Assembly (NCBI GenBank): GCA_964417765.1 | Contig: CAYQIX010000002.1 | Span: 1 to 45,209 of the forward strand | Direction of reading: 5' to 3' | From: an uncultured Desulfurococcaceae archaeon | GTDB taxonomy: Archaea > Thermoproteota > Thermoprotei_A > Sulfolobales > NBVN01 | DNA: 45,209 bases | Part shown: in pieces, positions 1 through 8,365 of the stretch | How the letters are laid out: the number at the start of each line of letters is the position of its first letter | Numbering within the stretch: position 1 is the stretch's first letter | The notes under the pieces: generated by a model | Databases searched by the model: none | Told to the model about the DNA's origin: nothing | What the model saw: only the letters and a program-made list of their open reading frames with translations | Made by a program: the position numbers and the translations under genes

Positions 1-1496
1 CTATCGAGAAGCAGCACGCTAGGGGGAAGCTAACCGCTAGGGAGAGGATAGATCTCCTTGTCGACCCCAACTCCTTCATAGAGGTTGACATGTTCGTCAG
101 GCACAGGGCTACTGAGTTCGGCATGGAGAAGAGGTTTGCATATGGTGATGGAGTAGTTACTGGGCTAGCTACAGTAGCTGGTAGAAGGGTTGTTGTTATA
201 GCTCAGGACTTCACTTTCATGGGTGGCTCACTCGGTGAGATGCACGCAGCTAAGATAGTTAAGGCAATGAGCTACGCACTAAGCGCTGGAGTACCTGTTA
301 TATTCCTAAATGACTCAGGAGGTGCTAGAATTCAGGAAGGTGTTGACTCACTTAAGGGGTACGGAGACATATTCTACATGAATGTAATGGCTTCAGGCGT
401 CATACCTCAGATAGCAGCTATCATGGGTCCATGCGCTGGAGGAGCTGTCTACTCCCCCGCCTTAATGGACTTCATAATCATGGTTAAAGGCACATCATTC
501 ATGTTTATTACAGGCCCTAGAGTCGTTAAGGCAGCTATAGGAGAGGTAGTTAATGAACAGCAGCTAGGCGGTGCTGAGGTCCACGCTACTAAGTCAGGTA
601 TGGCTCACTTCATAGCTAATAACGATGAGGAGGCTGTAAGAATAATTAAGAAGCTCCTGTCGTACCTACCCAGCAACAATGCTGAGGACCCGCCAGCAGT
701 TAAGACAGGCGACCCGCCAGATAGGGCTGACCCTGAGCTGAACGCCATAGTGCCTGAAGACCCTAACCAGGCTTACGACATGAAGGAGGTAATTAAGAGA
801 GTGCTAGATAAGGACACATTCTTCGAGATCCACGAACTCTGGGCTCGGAACGCCATAGTCGGGTTCGGCAGGCTTAATGGCAGGGTGGTAGGTGTCGTAG
901 CTAATCAGCCAGCCTACCTCGCTGGAGTACTCGACATCGACTCATCAGATAAGATTGCCTCATTCGTTAGGTTCTGCGACGCCTTCAACATACCAATAAT
1001 AACCTTCGTTGACGTGCCGGGCTACCTCCCCGGCACCAGGCAGGAGCACGGTGGCATAATAAGGCATGGAGCTAAGGTTCTCTACGCCTACTCAGAAGCT
1101 ACAGTACCTAAGCTAACAGTAATTACTAGGAAGGCGTACGGCGGCGCATACATAGCTATGGGCTCTAAGCACTTAGGTGCTGACTTCGTGATAGCTTGGC
1201 CAACAGCCGAGATAGCTGTCATGGGTCCTGAGGGTGCAGCTCAGATAATTTGGAGGAAAGAGCTAGCAGCAGCTAAGAGTGACGAGGAAAAGAAGAAGCT
1301 ACTTGAGAAGTTCGTGCAGGAGTACAGAGAGAAGGTAGCCAACCCGTACGTAGCTGCAGGCAGGGGCTACATAGACGCTGTGATAGAGCCTAAGGAGACG
1401 AGACCTACATTAATTAAGGCCTTAGAGTACCTACTAAGCAAGAGAGAAACGAGGGTGTGGGTACCGCCTAAGAAGCACGGGCTAATGCCCGTGTAA
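1..1496 (+). CDS. Acyl-CoA carboxyltransferase subunit (propionyl-CoA carboxylase beta / methylmalonyl-CoA decarboxylase alpha family); 5' end cut by window edge
   Basis: The ORF-track start at 90 is internal. The same frame is open back to nt 3 and reads IEKQHARGKLTARERIDLLVDPNSFIEVD, the conserved N-terminal block of this family. Family-typical blocks occur throughout (GGARIQEG, GPCAGGAVYSPA, ITRKAYGGAYIAMG). The TAA stop overlaps the next start (TAATG). Confidence 0.9.
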   Translation, partial: IEKQHARGKLTARERIDLLVDPNSFIEVDMFVRHRATEFGMEKRFAYGDGVVTGLATVAGRRVVVIAQDFTFMGGSLGEMHAAKIVKAMSYALSAGVPVIFLNDSGGARIQEGVDSLKGYGDIFYMNVMASGVIPQIAAIMGPCAGGAVYSPALMDFIIMVKGTSFMFITGPRVVKAAIGEVVNEQQLGGAEVHATKSGMAHFIANNDEEAVRIIKKLLSYLPSNNAEDPPAVKTGDPPDRADPELNAIVPEDPNQAYDMKEVIKRVLDKDTFFEIHELWARNAIVGFGRLNGRVVGVVANQPAYLAGVLDIDSSDKIASFVRFCDAFNIPIITFVDVPGYLPGTRQEHGGIIRHGAKVLYAYSEATVPKLTVITRKAYGGAYIAMGSKHLGADFVIAWPTAEIAVMGPEGAAQIIWRKELAAAKSDEEKKKLLEKFVQEYREKVANPYVAAGRGYIDAVIEPKETRPTLIKALEYLLSKRETRVWVPPKKHGLMPV

Positions 1497-1795
1497 TGGG
1501 GGTGGTTGAGACGCCCCTACTCAAGAGGAGGATACGGTTCAAGAAGATAGAAAAGAAGAAAGTGGAGGTAGATACGAGTAAAGTAGCTGCAGCTGCTGCA
1601 GCTGTAAGCATCCACGAGACCCTGCAAGAGTACGCTGCGGCTGCAGTGGCAGCTATAGAGATACACGAAACCCTCAAGGCAGTTCCTGCGCAACAGGCGG
1701 CTGCCCCACTAACAGCTATCTCCTCATGGGTTGCTTCCTGGAGGCTTGAAGCTTCCACACACCTGTGTAAGAGGGGGAGGATTAAGTCATGGTAA
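1496..1795 (+). CDS. Small Ala-rich protein between carboxyltransferase and BCCP; possible small accessory subunit of the biotin enzyme
   Basis: The start overlaps the upstream stop (TAATG) and its stop overlaps the BCCP start (ATGGTAA), so three genes are translationally coupled. It carries an internal peptide repeat, AAAAAAVSIHETLQEY / AAAAVAAIEIHETLKAV. I recognise no family. Confidence 0.5.
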   Translation: MGVVETPLLKRRIRFKKIEKKKVEVDTSKVAAAAAAVSIHETLQEYAAAAVAAIEIHETLKAVPAQQAAAPLTAISSWVASWRLEASTHLCKRGRIKSW

Positions 1796-2235
1796 AGTAC
1801 AAGGTTAGGATAAAGGATAAAGAGTACACAGTTGAAATAAAGGAGAAGAGAGGCAACACCTACATAGTCAGCGTTGACGGTGAGGTTTTCGAGGTAATCG
1901 CAGAGGAAGCACCAGCTGAGGCTGCCGCACCAGCTGCAGCCCCGCAGGCAGCTCCAGCAGCCGCTCCTGCACCAGCGGCTGCGCCGACCCCAGCACCTAA
2001 GCCAGCGCCTGCACCAGTTACCGGCAAGACAGTTACTGCACCTGCGCCAGGCAAGATACTTGAGGTTAAGGTAAAGCCCGGAGATAGGGTTACAGAGAAC
2101 ACCGTTATCGCTGTCATGGAGTCCATGAAGATGACCATGGAGATCTACGCAGGGTACTCAGGCATAGTTAGGGAAGTTAGGGTAAATCCGGGTGACTTCG
2201 TAGAGTTAGGTCAGGTGATTGCCGTCATCGAGTAA
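1789..2235 (+). CDS. Biotin carboxyl carrier protein (biotinyl/lipoyl domain)
   Basis: Biotinylation motif VMESMKM, a long Ala/Pro linker (APAEAAAPAAAPQAAPAAAPAPAAAPTPAPKPAPAP), and a C-terminal biotinyl-domain pattern GDxV..GQ.IAVIE. Confidence 0.92.
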   Translation: MVKYKVRIKDKEYTVEIKEKRGNTYIVSVDGEVFEVIAEEAPAEAAAPAAAPQAAPAAAPAPAAAPTPAPKPAPAPVTGKTVTAPAPGKILEVKVKPGDRVTENTVIAVMESMKMTMEIYAGYSGIVREVRVNPGDFVELGQVIAVIE

Positions 2236-2249
2236 GGAGAGCGCCCTCA

Positions 2250-3116
2250 ATGATGTCCTTAACCAAAGATTTTTTTCTGTACTTAGCCCCTAATTATCCA
2301 CAGGAAGGTATTATGCGTACTGAACTGCCCTTCAGGTATAAGCCGTTCATAATAGGTATGGTTCACGTAGGACCGCTACCTGGGTCCCCAATATTTGAGG
2401 GTGACCTCGAGGTAGCTATTGATGAGGCGGTGAGAAATGCTCTAGCTCTTGAGGAGGGCGGTGTTGACGGCGTCTTAGTTGAGAACTTCTATGATGTGCC
2501 ATATCCCAGCGAGCGCGCTGACCCAGCAACAGTTGCTTCACTGTCACTGATTGTTAGGGAGATCAAGAAGGCTGTCAGCGTCCCCGTAGGTGTTAATGTT
2601 CTGAGGAACTGCTGCCTTGAAGCGCTAGCTATCGCGTACGTTAATAGGGCATCCTACATTAGAGTTAATGCATTCGCTGAAGTAGTTGTTAGTGACCAGG
2701 GAATTCTAGCGCCTAAGGCGTACGACCTGATCAGGTATAAGCGCTACTTAGGGGCTGCCGGCGTAGCTGTACTGGCTGATGTACACGTAAAGCACGCTGC
2801 CCCACTAGCTCCTAGACCTATAGATGTAGTTGCTAGGGAGGCTGTTGAGCGGGGGGTAGCTGACGCGGTAATAGTTAGTGGTGAGGTGACAGGCTCTGAG
2901 ACAAGCATTGAGGAGGTGGCTAAGGTCAAGAAAGCAGTTCCTGACACACCTGTGATTGTAGGTAGCGGAGTGACGGCTGAAAATGCAGTTAAGTATCTCA
3001 GCATAGCTGATGGAGCTATAGTAGGCACGTACTTTAAGGTAGGTAGGCGCGTGGATAGAAGTAGAGTTAGGAGGCTAGCTGACGCTATTAAATCTCTCAG
3101 GAGGGTAGTAAGCTAA
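2250..3116 (+). CDS. BtpA/SgcQ-family TIM-barrel protein
   Basis: N-terminal GMVHVGPLPGSP block and overall BtpA-like pattern (VENFYDVPY, VNVLRN, ADVHVKHA, SG..TG). The true start may be the internal ATG giving MRTELPF. Confidence 0.7.
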   Translation: MMSLTKDFFLYLAPNYPQEGIMRTELPFRYKPFIIGMVHVGPLPGSPIFEGDLEVAIDEAVRNALALEEGGVDGVLVENFYDVPYPSERADPATVASLSLIVREIKKAVSVPVGVNVLRNCCLEALAIAYVNRASYIRVNAFAEVVVSDQGILAPKAYDLIRYKRYLGAAGVAVLADVHVKHAAPLAPRPIDVVAREAVERGVADAVIVSGEVTGSETSIEEVAKVKKAVPDTPVIVGSGVTAENAVKYLSIADGAIVGTYFKVGRRVDRSRVRRLADAIKSLRRVVS

Positions 3117-3180
3117 CATCTCACTCTGCGTAAGTAAAGCAATAATAGCTCATATCTAAACATGTCTATGGGTTGTCAAG

Positions 3181-4452
3181 TTGGGCAAGACCTCTCGAAT
3201 ACCTGGCTTTCACAAGCTACCTCTAGAGGAGAGAATTCGAATACTTAAGGAGTTTGCTGGCTTAAGTGATGAAGATATTGAGGTACTTAAGAAGACTGGT
3301 GCTCTAGGCTTAGATGTTGCTGAGAGAATGATTGAGAATGTAGTAGGCACTTTAGAGTTGCCTCTAGGCATAGCAGCTAATTTCCTCATAAACAGTAAGG
3401 ACTACTTCATACCCATGGCTATTGAGGAGCCCTCAGTAGTTGCAGCAGCATCTAACGCAGCTAAGATGTGCCGTGCTGGCGGCGGATTATTTGCTAGAGC
3501 TACTGACTCACTAATGATTTCCCAGATACAGCTAGTTAAGGTACCTTCACCGCACACAGCAGTGTACAGGATTATTGAGAGGAAGCAGGAGATTATTGAG
3601 CTAGCTAATTCGACTGACCCAGTACTGATTAAACTAGGCGGCGGAGTCAGGGACGTTGAAGTAAGAATTATTGACTCGCCGCTCGGCCCTATGGTGATTA
3701 CTCACCTAATAGTTGATGTTAAGGATGCTATGGGCGCTAACACGGTGAACACTATGGCTGAAGCTGTAGCACCACTTCTTGAGAAGTGGACTGGAGGTAA
3801 AGTGTACTTGAGGATTGTGTCGAACCTCGCTGACAGGAGGTTAGTTCGCGTTTGGACTAGAGTACCTAAGGACGCGGTGGGTGGTGAGGACGTAGTTGAC
3901 GGTATCGTCTACGCATGGGCATTTGCTGCTGCAGATCCCTACCGGGCAGCAACACACAATAAGGGGATAATGAATGGAGTAATAGCTGTAGCACTAGCTA
4001 CGGGGCAGGACACTAGGGCGCTTGAGGCTGGAGCTCACGCCTACGCAGCGAGGAGAGGGAGGTACGAACCGCTGAGTGTGTGGGAGAAAGACGAAAACGG
4101 AGACTTAATAGGCTACCTAGAAATGCCTATGGCTGTAGGGATAGTTGGTGGCGCTACAAGAGTTAACCCAGTAGCTAAGGTCTCACTCAAGATACTGGGT
4201 GTTAAGACAGCTAGAGAGCTAGCTGAGATAATGGGTGCTGTAGGACTTGCCCAGAATTTAGCCGCGCTGAGAGCTCTAGCTACTGAGGGGATCCAGAAGG
4301 GACACATGAAGCTCCATGCTAGGCAGCTAGCCATAAGTGCTGGCGCGGTGGGTGACGAGGTAGATAAGGTAGTTGAGGAGATGATTAAGGAGGGCGTAAT
4401 AAGAATCGATAAGGCTAAGGAGATACTCGAGAAGATAAGAAGTAAGAAGTAA
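3181..4452 (+). CDS. hmgA: HMG-CoA reductase, class II type
   Basis: Class II signature blocks are present: ENVVGTLELPLGIAANFLIN, PMAIEEPSVVAAASNAAK, ATHNKGIMNG, TGQDTRA, GHMKLHARQ. These carry the catalytic Glu/Lys/Asp/His contexts. TTG start. Confidence 0.9.
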   Translation: MGKTSRIPGFHKLPLEERIRILKEFAGLSDEDIEVLKKTGALGLDVAERMIENVVGTLELPLGIAANFLINSKDYFIPMAIEEPSVVAAASNAAKMCRAGGGLFARATDSLMISQIQLVKVPSPHTAVYRIIERKQEIIELANSTDPVLIKLGGGVRDVEVRIIDSPLGPMVITHLIVDVKDAMGANTVNTMAEAVAPLLEKWTGGKVYLRIVSNLADRRLVRVWTRVPKDAVGGEDVVDGIVYAWAFAAADPYRAATHNKGIMNGVIAVALATGQDTRALEAGAHAYAARRGRYEPLSVWEKDENGDLIGYLEMPMAVGIVGGATRVNPVAKVSLKILGVKTARELAEIMGAVGLAQNLAALRALATEGIQKGHMKLHARQLAISAGAVGDEVDKVVEEMIKEGVIRIDKAKEILEKIRSKK

Positions 4453-4484
4453 GAACATAATGCAAATAATTCGTTTTACATAGC

Positions 4485-5471
4485 CTAGTCAAGCTTAAGC
4501 ACGTCCTTAAGGAACGCCTTGTACTTACTTATTGATTTCGTCACCCTCGGGTCAATACCTAGCTCGAGAGCCAGCTTAACTGAGGCGATACCAACCACCT
4601 GAGACCACTTAAGTATATCTCCTATGTAATCACTGCCCTCCACTTCAAATTCCTTAACTGGGACACCAGAGTCCCTGAGGTGCTCGGCAACGAACTTCAT
4701 CAATTCATTACCTGCCTCCCTAAACACTACAGCGGCTATTGGCTCCTTCCAACCTTCCCAGCCTACGACATCATTGTGTCCCCACTCCGGCACAACCTCT
4801 GCCTTAGCAAGTACTTTAGTGTTCTCATTGAATTCATTCTTAGCCCTCACGGCTAGTGGGTAGTACTTCGTGCTTGCAATAAAGAATGGTATCCTGCCCG
4901 CTACCGCCCTAATAACTTCCTCAGCTAATACCTCAGCACCCTTAACATCTCTTAGTACTTCAATAGAACTTCTGAGTCCCTCATAGAGCTTGAGCCCTAG
5001 CACGCTAAGCAACTTGAGCGTACTCAGGAGTAGAGCTGGAAATGCTGACCGTGGAGCGTACCCGCTCTCAACCTGAACACGAGGCAGGTCCTTGCTAACA
5101 GCTAGTTCAGTTAACTTGCCTCCAGAAGCTACAGTAGCTACTTTAACCCCCCTCTTGAGGCCTTCCTTAACAGCTAGTAGCGTCTCGAGCGTATTTCCAG
5201 AGTAGCTGACCGCGATCATCAGCCAGCCGCTCCTAATCCACTTCGGCAGCGTGAAGTCCTTGACCACAGTTACTGGAATGTCCAGCCTGTCTATAGAGAG
5301 TGTATACATTACGTCGCCTACTATGCCTGAACCCCCCATGCCAACAACTACTAACCCATCATACGGCGGCTCCCACAACCTACCCTCAACTTCACGCTCT
5401 AGCGCCTCAGCTGCTTGACTAAACCAGTTAAGGTACATGCTCAGGAACTCACTCACATATGCCACCCACAC
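4485..5471 (-). CDS. Bifunctional phosphoglucose/phosphomannose isomerase (SIS domain)
   Basis: VVGMGGSGIVGDV and VSYSGNTLETL blocks. The ~330 aa size is typical of archaeal PGI/PMI. Confidence 0.8.
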   Translation of the reverse strand: MWVAYVSEFLSMYLNWFSQAAEALEREVEGRLWEPPYDGLVVVGMGGSGIVGDVMYTLSIDRLDIPVTVVKDFTLPKWIRSGWLMIAVSYSGNTLETLLAVKEGLKRGVKVATVASGGKLTELAVSKDLPRVQVESGYAPRSAFPALLLSTLKLLSVLGLKLYEGLRSSIEVLRDVKGAEVLAEEVIRAVAGRIPFFIASTKYYPLAVRAKNEFNENTKVLAKAEVVPEWGHNDVVGWEGWKEPIAAVVFREAGNELMKFVAEHLRDSGVPVKEFEVEGSDYIGDILKWSQVVGIASVKLALELGIDPRVTKSISKYKAFLKDVLKLD

Positions 5472-5537
5472 ATATATGACTGTAGAAACTGAAATTACTT
5501 ACGGATGACCCTCAGAGACATGCCAACAGTACATTAC

Positions 5538-5918
5538 TTAACTTTTAAACCACTTCTTAGCCTTATCTCTCAGGACCTTAACCGAGTAGGTAATGAACTC
5601 TGCCTTATCACCATTAATTAATGCCTCAATAGCTCTCCTGCCGTCCTCACCACCTGCCTCTGCTAGAGGCTTAAGGAGATACCTCACGAACCTCTGCGTC
5701 GTGTCTTGATTCCTGAAATACATGTTCAGTACATCAACGAAGCCCTTAGGATTTCTCACTAGCAACTCAGTTACATAGACTCCGTACATCTTCATAGCTA
5801 GCGAATTAAGAGCTATCAGCATACCTGGAGCACCCTTTCTTAACCTGTCCTCAGCTAAGTACTTCATGTATGCTAGAACAATTTTTGTATCAATATCTTC
5901 ACTTATTTCATCATTCAT
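5538..5918 (-). CDS. Hypothetical small helical protein, partner 1 of the KaiC-like ATPase
   Basis: ATGA overlap with the stop of the upstream ATPase gene. Shares the motif block E-[LI]-L-[VI]-x-N-P-[KR]-x-F-V with ORF 7459..7950. No family recognised. Confidence 0.65.
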   Translation of the reverse strand: MNDEISEDIDTKIVLAYMKYLAEDRLRKGAPGMLIALNSLAMKMYGVYVTELLVRNPKGFVDVLNMYFRNQDTTQRFVRYLLKPLAEAGGEDGRRAIEALINGDKAEFITYSVKVLRDKAKKWFKS

Positions 5919-7300
5919 TGACTCTTTACCACCTCTATTTGGAACTTACCACCTTCACCATACTGTACGTAAATGGGCTTCACATTACTTGTGACCGTTA
6001 TGGGATGAGGTTCTAAGTACAGGTACAATCTTCCGTCCTTCCATTTAGGTCTTACTTTAATGATAAGATCATATATGTCAAGAGGTATTGGTATATCGTC
6101 ATCAGACTTAACGTTATATATGTAGAACGTTGTAATTCCTAGTTTTCTCCTGAGCAGGAGATTGTTTAGGTGCTCTCTGAAGAAGTCGTCCCAGTCGTTG
6201 TTGTGAACCATTGGAACCTGCTGTAAAGAGTCAAATACAAGAAATGTTGGATTTATCCTGGTATCTGCTTCCCTGTTATATTGAGACATTACGTACAGCG
6301 GCTTTGCTGTTGGGTTTACTGAGTCTATTATAATCTTAGACAGCTCCACACCAAACTTCTTAGCATGCGCTTTAACTATCTGCCTTATAAGTTGCGGCGG
6401 TTTTGAGTACGTCCTTATCATGAGGGTTCCGCCGTACTTAGCTATATACCCTAGTATCCACCAAATAAGCAGCGGCAGAATTGAAGCTGGCTCTCTAACT
6501 ATAAATGCTATCTGTGAGCCTTTCCTAAGGTATCCACCACATAAATATCCGATTTCTTTAGCGTGAGGTACGTAGATTTGTGCCTCACTGGGTGCAGGTA
6601 TCTCCTCCATTCTAGGAGGTAAGTACACCTTTATTCCAGCACCAGGTGAGATGTCAAAGTACAGCTCCGCGTACGGTATAGATGTGCCTCTCATTTTCCT
6701 AATTTCCATTTTTCTAACTAAGACACCATTCTCTATCGTAGACTTCAGTATTATTACACCATCAACAAGGAATTCCTCAACTCCGTAACCAACCGAGGGA
6801 GTTCCAATAGGCAGCTCAGATATTAGTATTCCTGTAATACCTAGTGGTTTGAGGCCATTCACCATAGCGTTCTTTATTAATTCTCTCGTCAATCTGAAGC
6901 CAGCTACTTGAGTTATAGCTGTGGCTGAATCCATGACCACTCTTTTTGCGTTTAACTTGACTATAGCGTCCATGAACTCCTTTAGAGCATCCTCAATGCC
7001 CTCAAAAGTTGATGTTTGTATTCCCTCTATATAATACACTAATCCTCTCCTCTCTAATTCCTCAAAGTCCATACCTAAGGCACGCATAAATCTGTAGAAA
7101 TCATTTTTTGGTTCTAAGAAGCTCAGATATACTCCAGGTTCGCCAAATCTCCTAGCTCCCTCATATATGAATTTAGCTGATAGCGTTGTTTTTCCAGCAC
7201 CTGGATGTCCTGCAACCAGTATTATATCGCCACGTGGAAATCCGCCATTCAGGAGCTCATCAAGCTCATCAATGCCTGTCGGGCACATCTCTATGCTCAT
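5915..7300 (-). CDS. KaiC-like / RecA-superfamily ATPase, two domains (second degenerate)
   Basis: N-terminus reads CPTGIDELDELLNGGFPRGDIILVAGHPGAGKTTLSAKFIYEG (Walker A), with RVVMDSATAI as Walker B. The C-terminal half has a RecA-like length but no P-loop. GGAGGAG lies 4 nt upstream of the ATG. Confidence 0.85.
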   Translation of the reverse strand: MSIEMCPTGIDELDELLNGGFPRGDIILVAGHPGAGKTTLSAKFIYEGARRFGEPGVYLSFLEPKNDFYRFMRALGMDFEELERRGLVYYIEGIQTSTFEGIEDALKEFMDAIVKLNAKRVVMDSATAITQVAGFRLTRELIKNAMVNGLKPLGITGILISELPIGTPSVGYGVEEFLVDGVIILKSTIENGVLVRKMEIRKMRGTSIPYAELYFDISPGAGIKVYLPPRMEEIPAPSEAQIYVPHAKEIGYLCGGYLRKGSQIAFIVREPASILPLLIWWILGYIAKYGGTLMIRTYSKPPQLIRQIVKAHAKKFGVELSKIIIDSVNPTAKPLYVMSQYNREADTRINPTFLVFDSLQQVPMVHNNDWDDFFREHLNNLLLRRKLGITTFYIYNVKSDDDIPIPLDIYDLIIKVRPKWKDGRLYLYLEPHPITVTSNVKPIYVQYGEGGKFQIEVVKSQ

Positions 7301-7458
7301 CCGCTCCTCCCTAAAATAAAATCAAAGCCTCCTTATTATTAATATTCTTTCACTAACGCTAAAATTATCTATAATGACATGTTAATAGCGTTCAGTGACT
7401 GATTGACTCAACTATATATCCTTTCCTCGAAACCCCCATTAAAGTATTTTTTTAAGTC

Positions 7459-7950
7459 CTACTTCTTAGTACTAACGTTATTTGTTATTCGAGTAAAGTA
7501 CTTTGCTTTAGTGCTAATTATTACGCTAATTACTTTCTTAATGAATTTTGTCAATTCATCCGAATCGATTATATCAGGGGGTTCCTCATTAATTCCAGTC
7601 ATGTATGACAAGACCTTAAATACTTCATGCAGAATCCTCTCCGTAGGTGAAGATAAAACACGCTCAAATGCTGTCACAAAGTCTCTTGGATTATTAATTA
7701 GTATTTCCGCAGGACTCATGCCTGTTAGTCTTTTGATGGCTTCAGTTATTTCGTAAGCTTTATGGACACCTAATACACGGCTCAAGCTCTCACAGATTAA
7801 GCTGTCCAGTTCAGTCATAATGACACAGCTGTCGTAATTGCTATCTATGAGTCTCATGTTATTAAGTAACTCAGTTAATGGAGACTTTTCTTCTTTGAAT
7901 ATGTTTCTCAATTTGTTCCTTAATTCATCTTTATCTCCTTGCTTAATCAC
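7459..7950 (-). CDS. Hypothetical small helical protein, partner 2 (divergent paralog of 5538..5918)
   Basis: PAEILINNPRDFVTAFERVL aligns with VTELLVRNPKGFVDVLNMYF of the 126-aa protein. Normal protein-like composition, unlike the overlapping + strand ORF. Confidence 0.6.
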   Translation of the reverse strand: MIKQGDKDELRNKLRNIFKEEKSPLTELLNNMRLIDSNYDSCVIMTELDSLICESLSRVLGVHKAYEITEAIKRLTGMSPAEILINNPRDFVTAFERVLSSPTERILHEVFKVLSYMTGINEEPPDIIDSDELTKFIKKVISVIISTKAKYFTRITNNVSTKK

Positions 7951-8365
7951 ATTGCATCCCGCGCGAGTACTTATAGGTGTTGCATTTGCAGCTCTTCATT
8001 CCGTATTAAACTACTTCTTACCCAATATTTAAAAATGACTCCGAACCATTACTAACGCGCTTGATGCTGGTGCAGGCTAATTCTTTTTATACTCATTCTA
8101 AACAGATATCAAAATCTAGATGCATGTACTGCGTGGCTGACTTCCAATCTCATCCTTGAATATTTAAGGAGGTTCTGCTGAGCTTCAGCTGTAGTCAGCT
8201 TGCAGCTAATTTCACTCCAATATTTAGCGCGTATAGACAGTTATGATTGACGTAATGCAAGACAAGTATATATTTAGTACGAGCTTGCTAAATGCCTAAG
8301 GTTAGAGGGAATATGGAGACAATTAAAAGTTTTATTGCCAGATTCTCACTTAGTGGTGATGTAAC

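Noticed and set aside
1468-2138. Antisense ORFs 1468..1758 and 1860..2138 (96 and 92 aa, Ala/Gly/Ser-rich)
   Set aside because: They run opposite GCN-rich Ala/Pro-coding stretches of the small subunit and BCCP genes. Such open antisense frames are a compositional artefact. The sense genes have strong motif support (biotinylation site) and start/stop coupling.
2744-3028. Remaining short antisense or alternative-frame ORFs listed in the track (e.g. 2744..3028, 4113..4334, 8576..8779, 9806..9994, 10240..10449, 11400..11618, 11970..12161, 16008..16262, 16256..16534, 16574..17122, 17493..17714, 19684..19896, 20918..21145, 22072..22254, 26305..26538, 27103..27381, 28076..28663, 29105..29326, 29912..30626, 30748..31113, 32742..33248, 33412..33597, 34120..34317, 36029..36640, 37665..37892, 38340..38606, 40774..41046, 41923..42279)
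   Set aside because: Each is nested in or antisense to a longer ORF with recognisable family motifs. Their compositions are skewed (Ser/Thr/Leu/Ala-rich) and none has its own start context.
7403-7756. + strand 117-aa hydrophobic ORF overlapping the 163-aa minus-strand gene
   Set aside because: Low-complexity Leu/Ile/Phe/Ser sequence, typical of an antisense frame in AT-rich DNA. The minus-strand ORF has normal composition and shares a motif block with the 126-aa protein. I cannot fully exclude a real small membrane protein.
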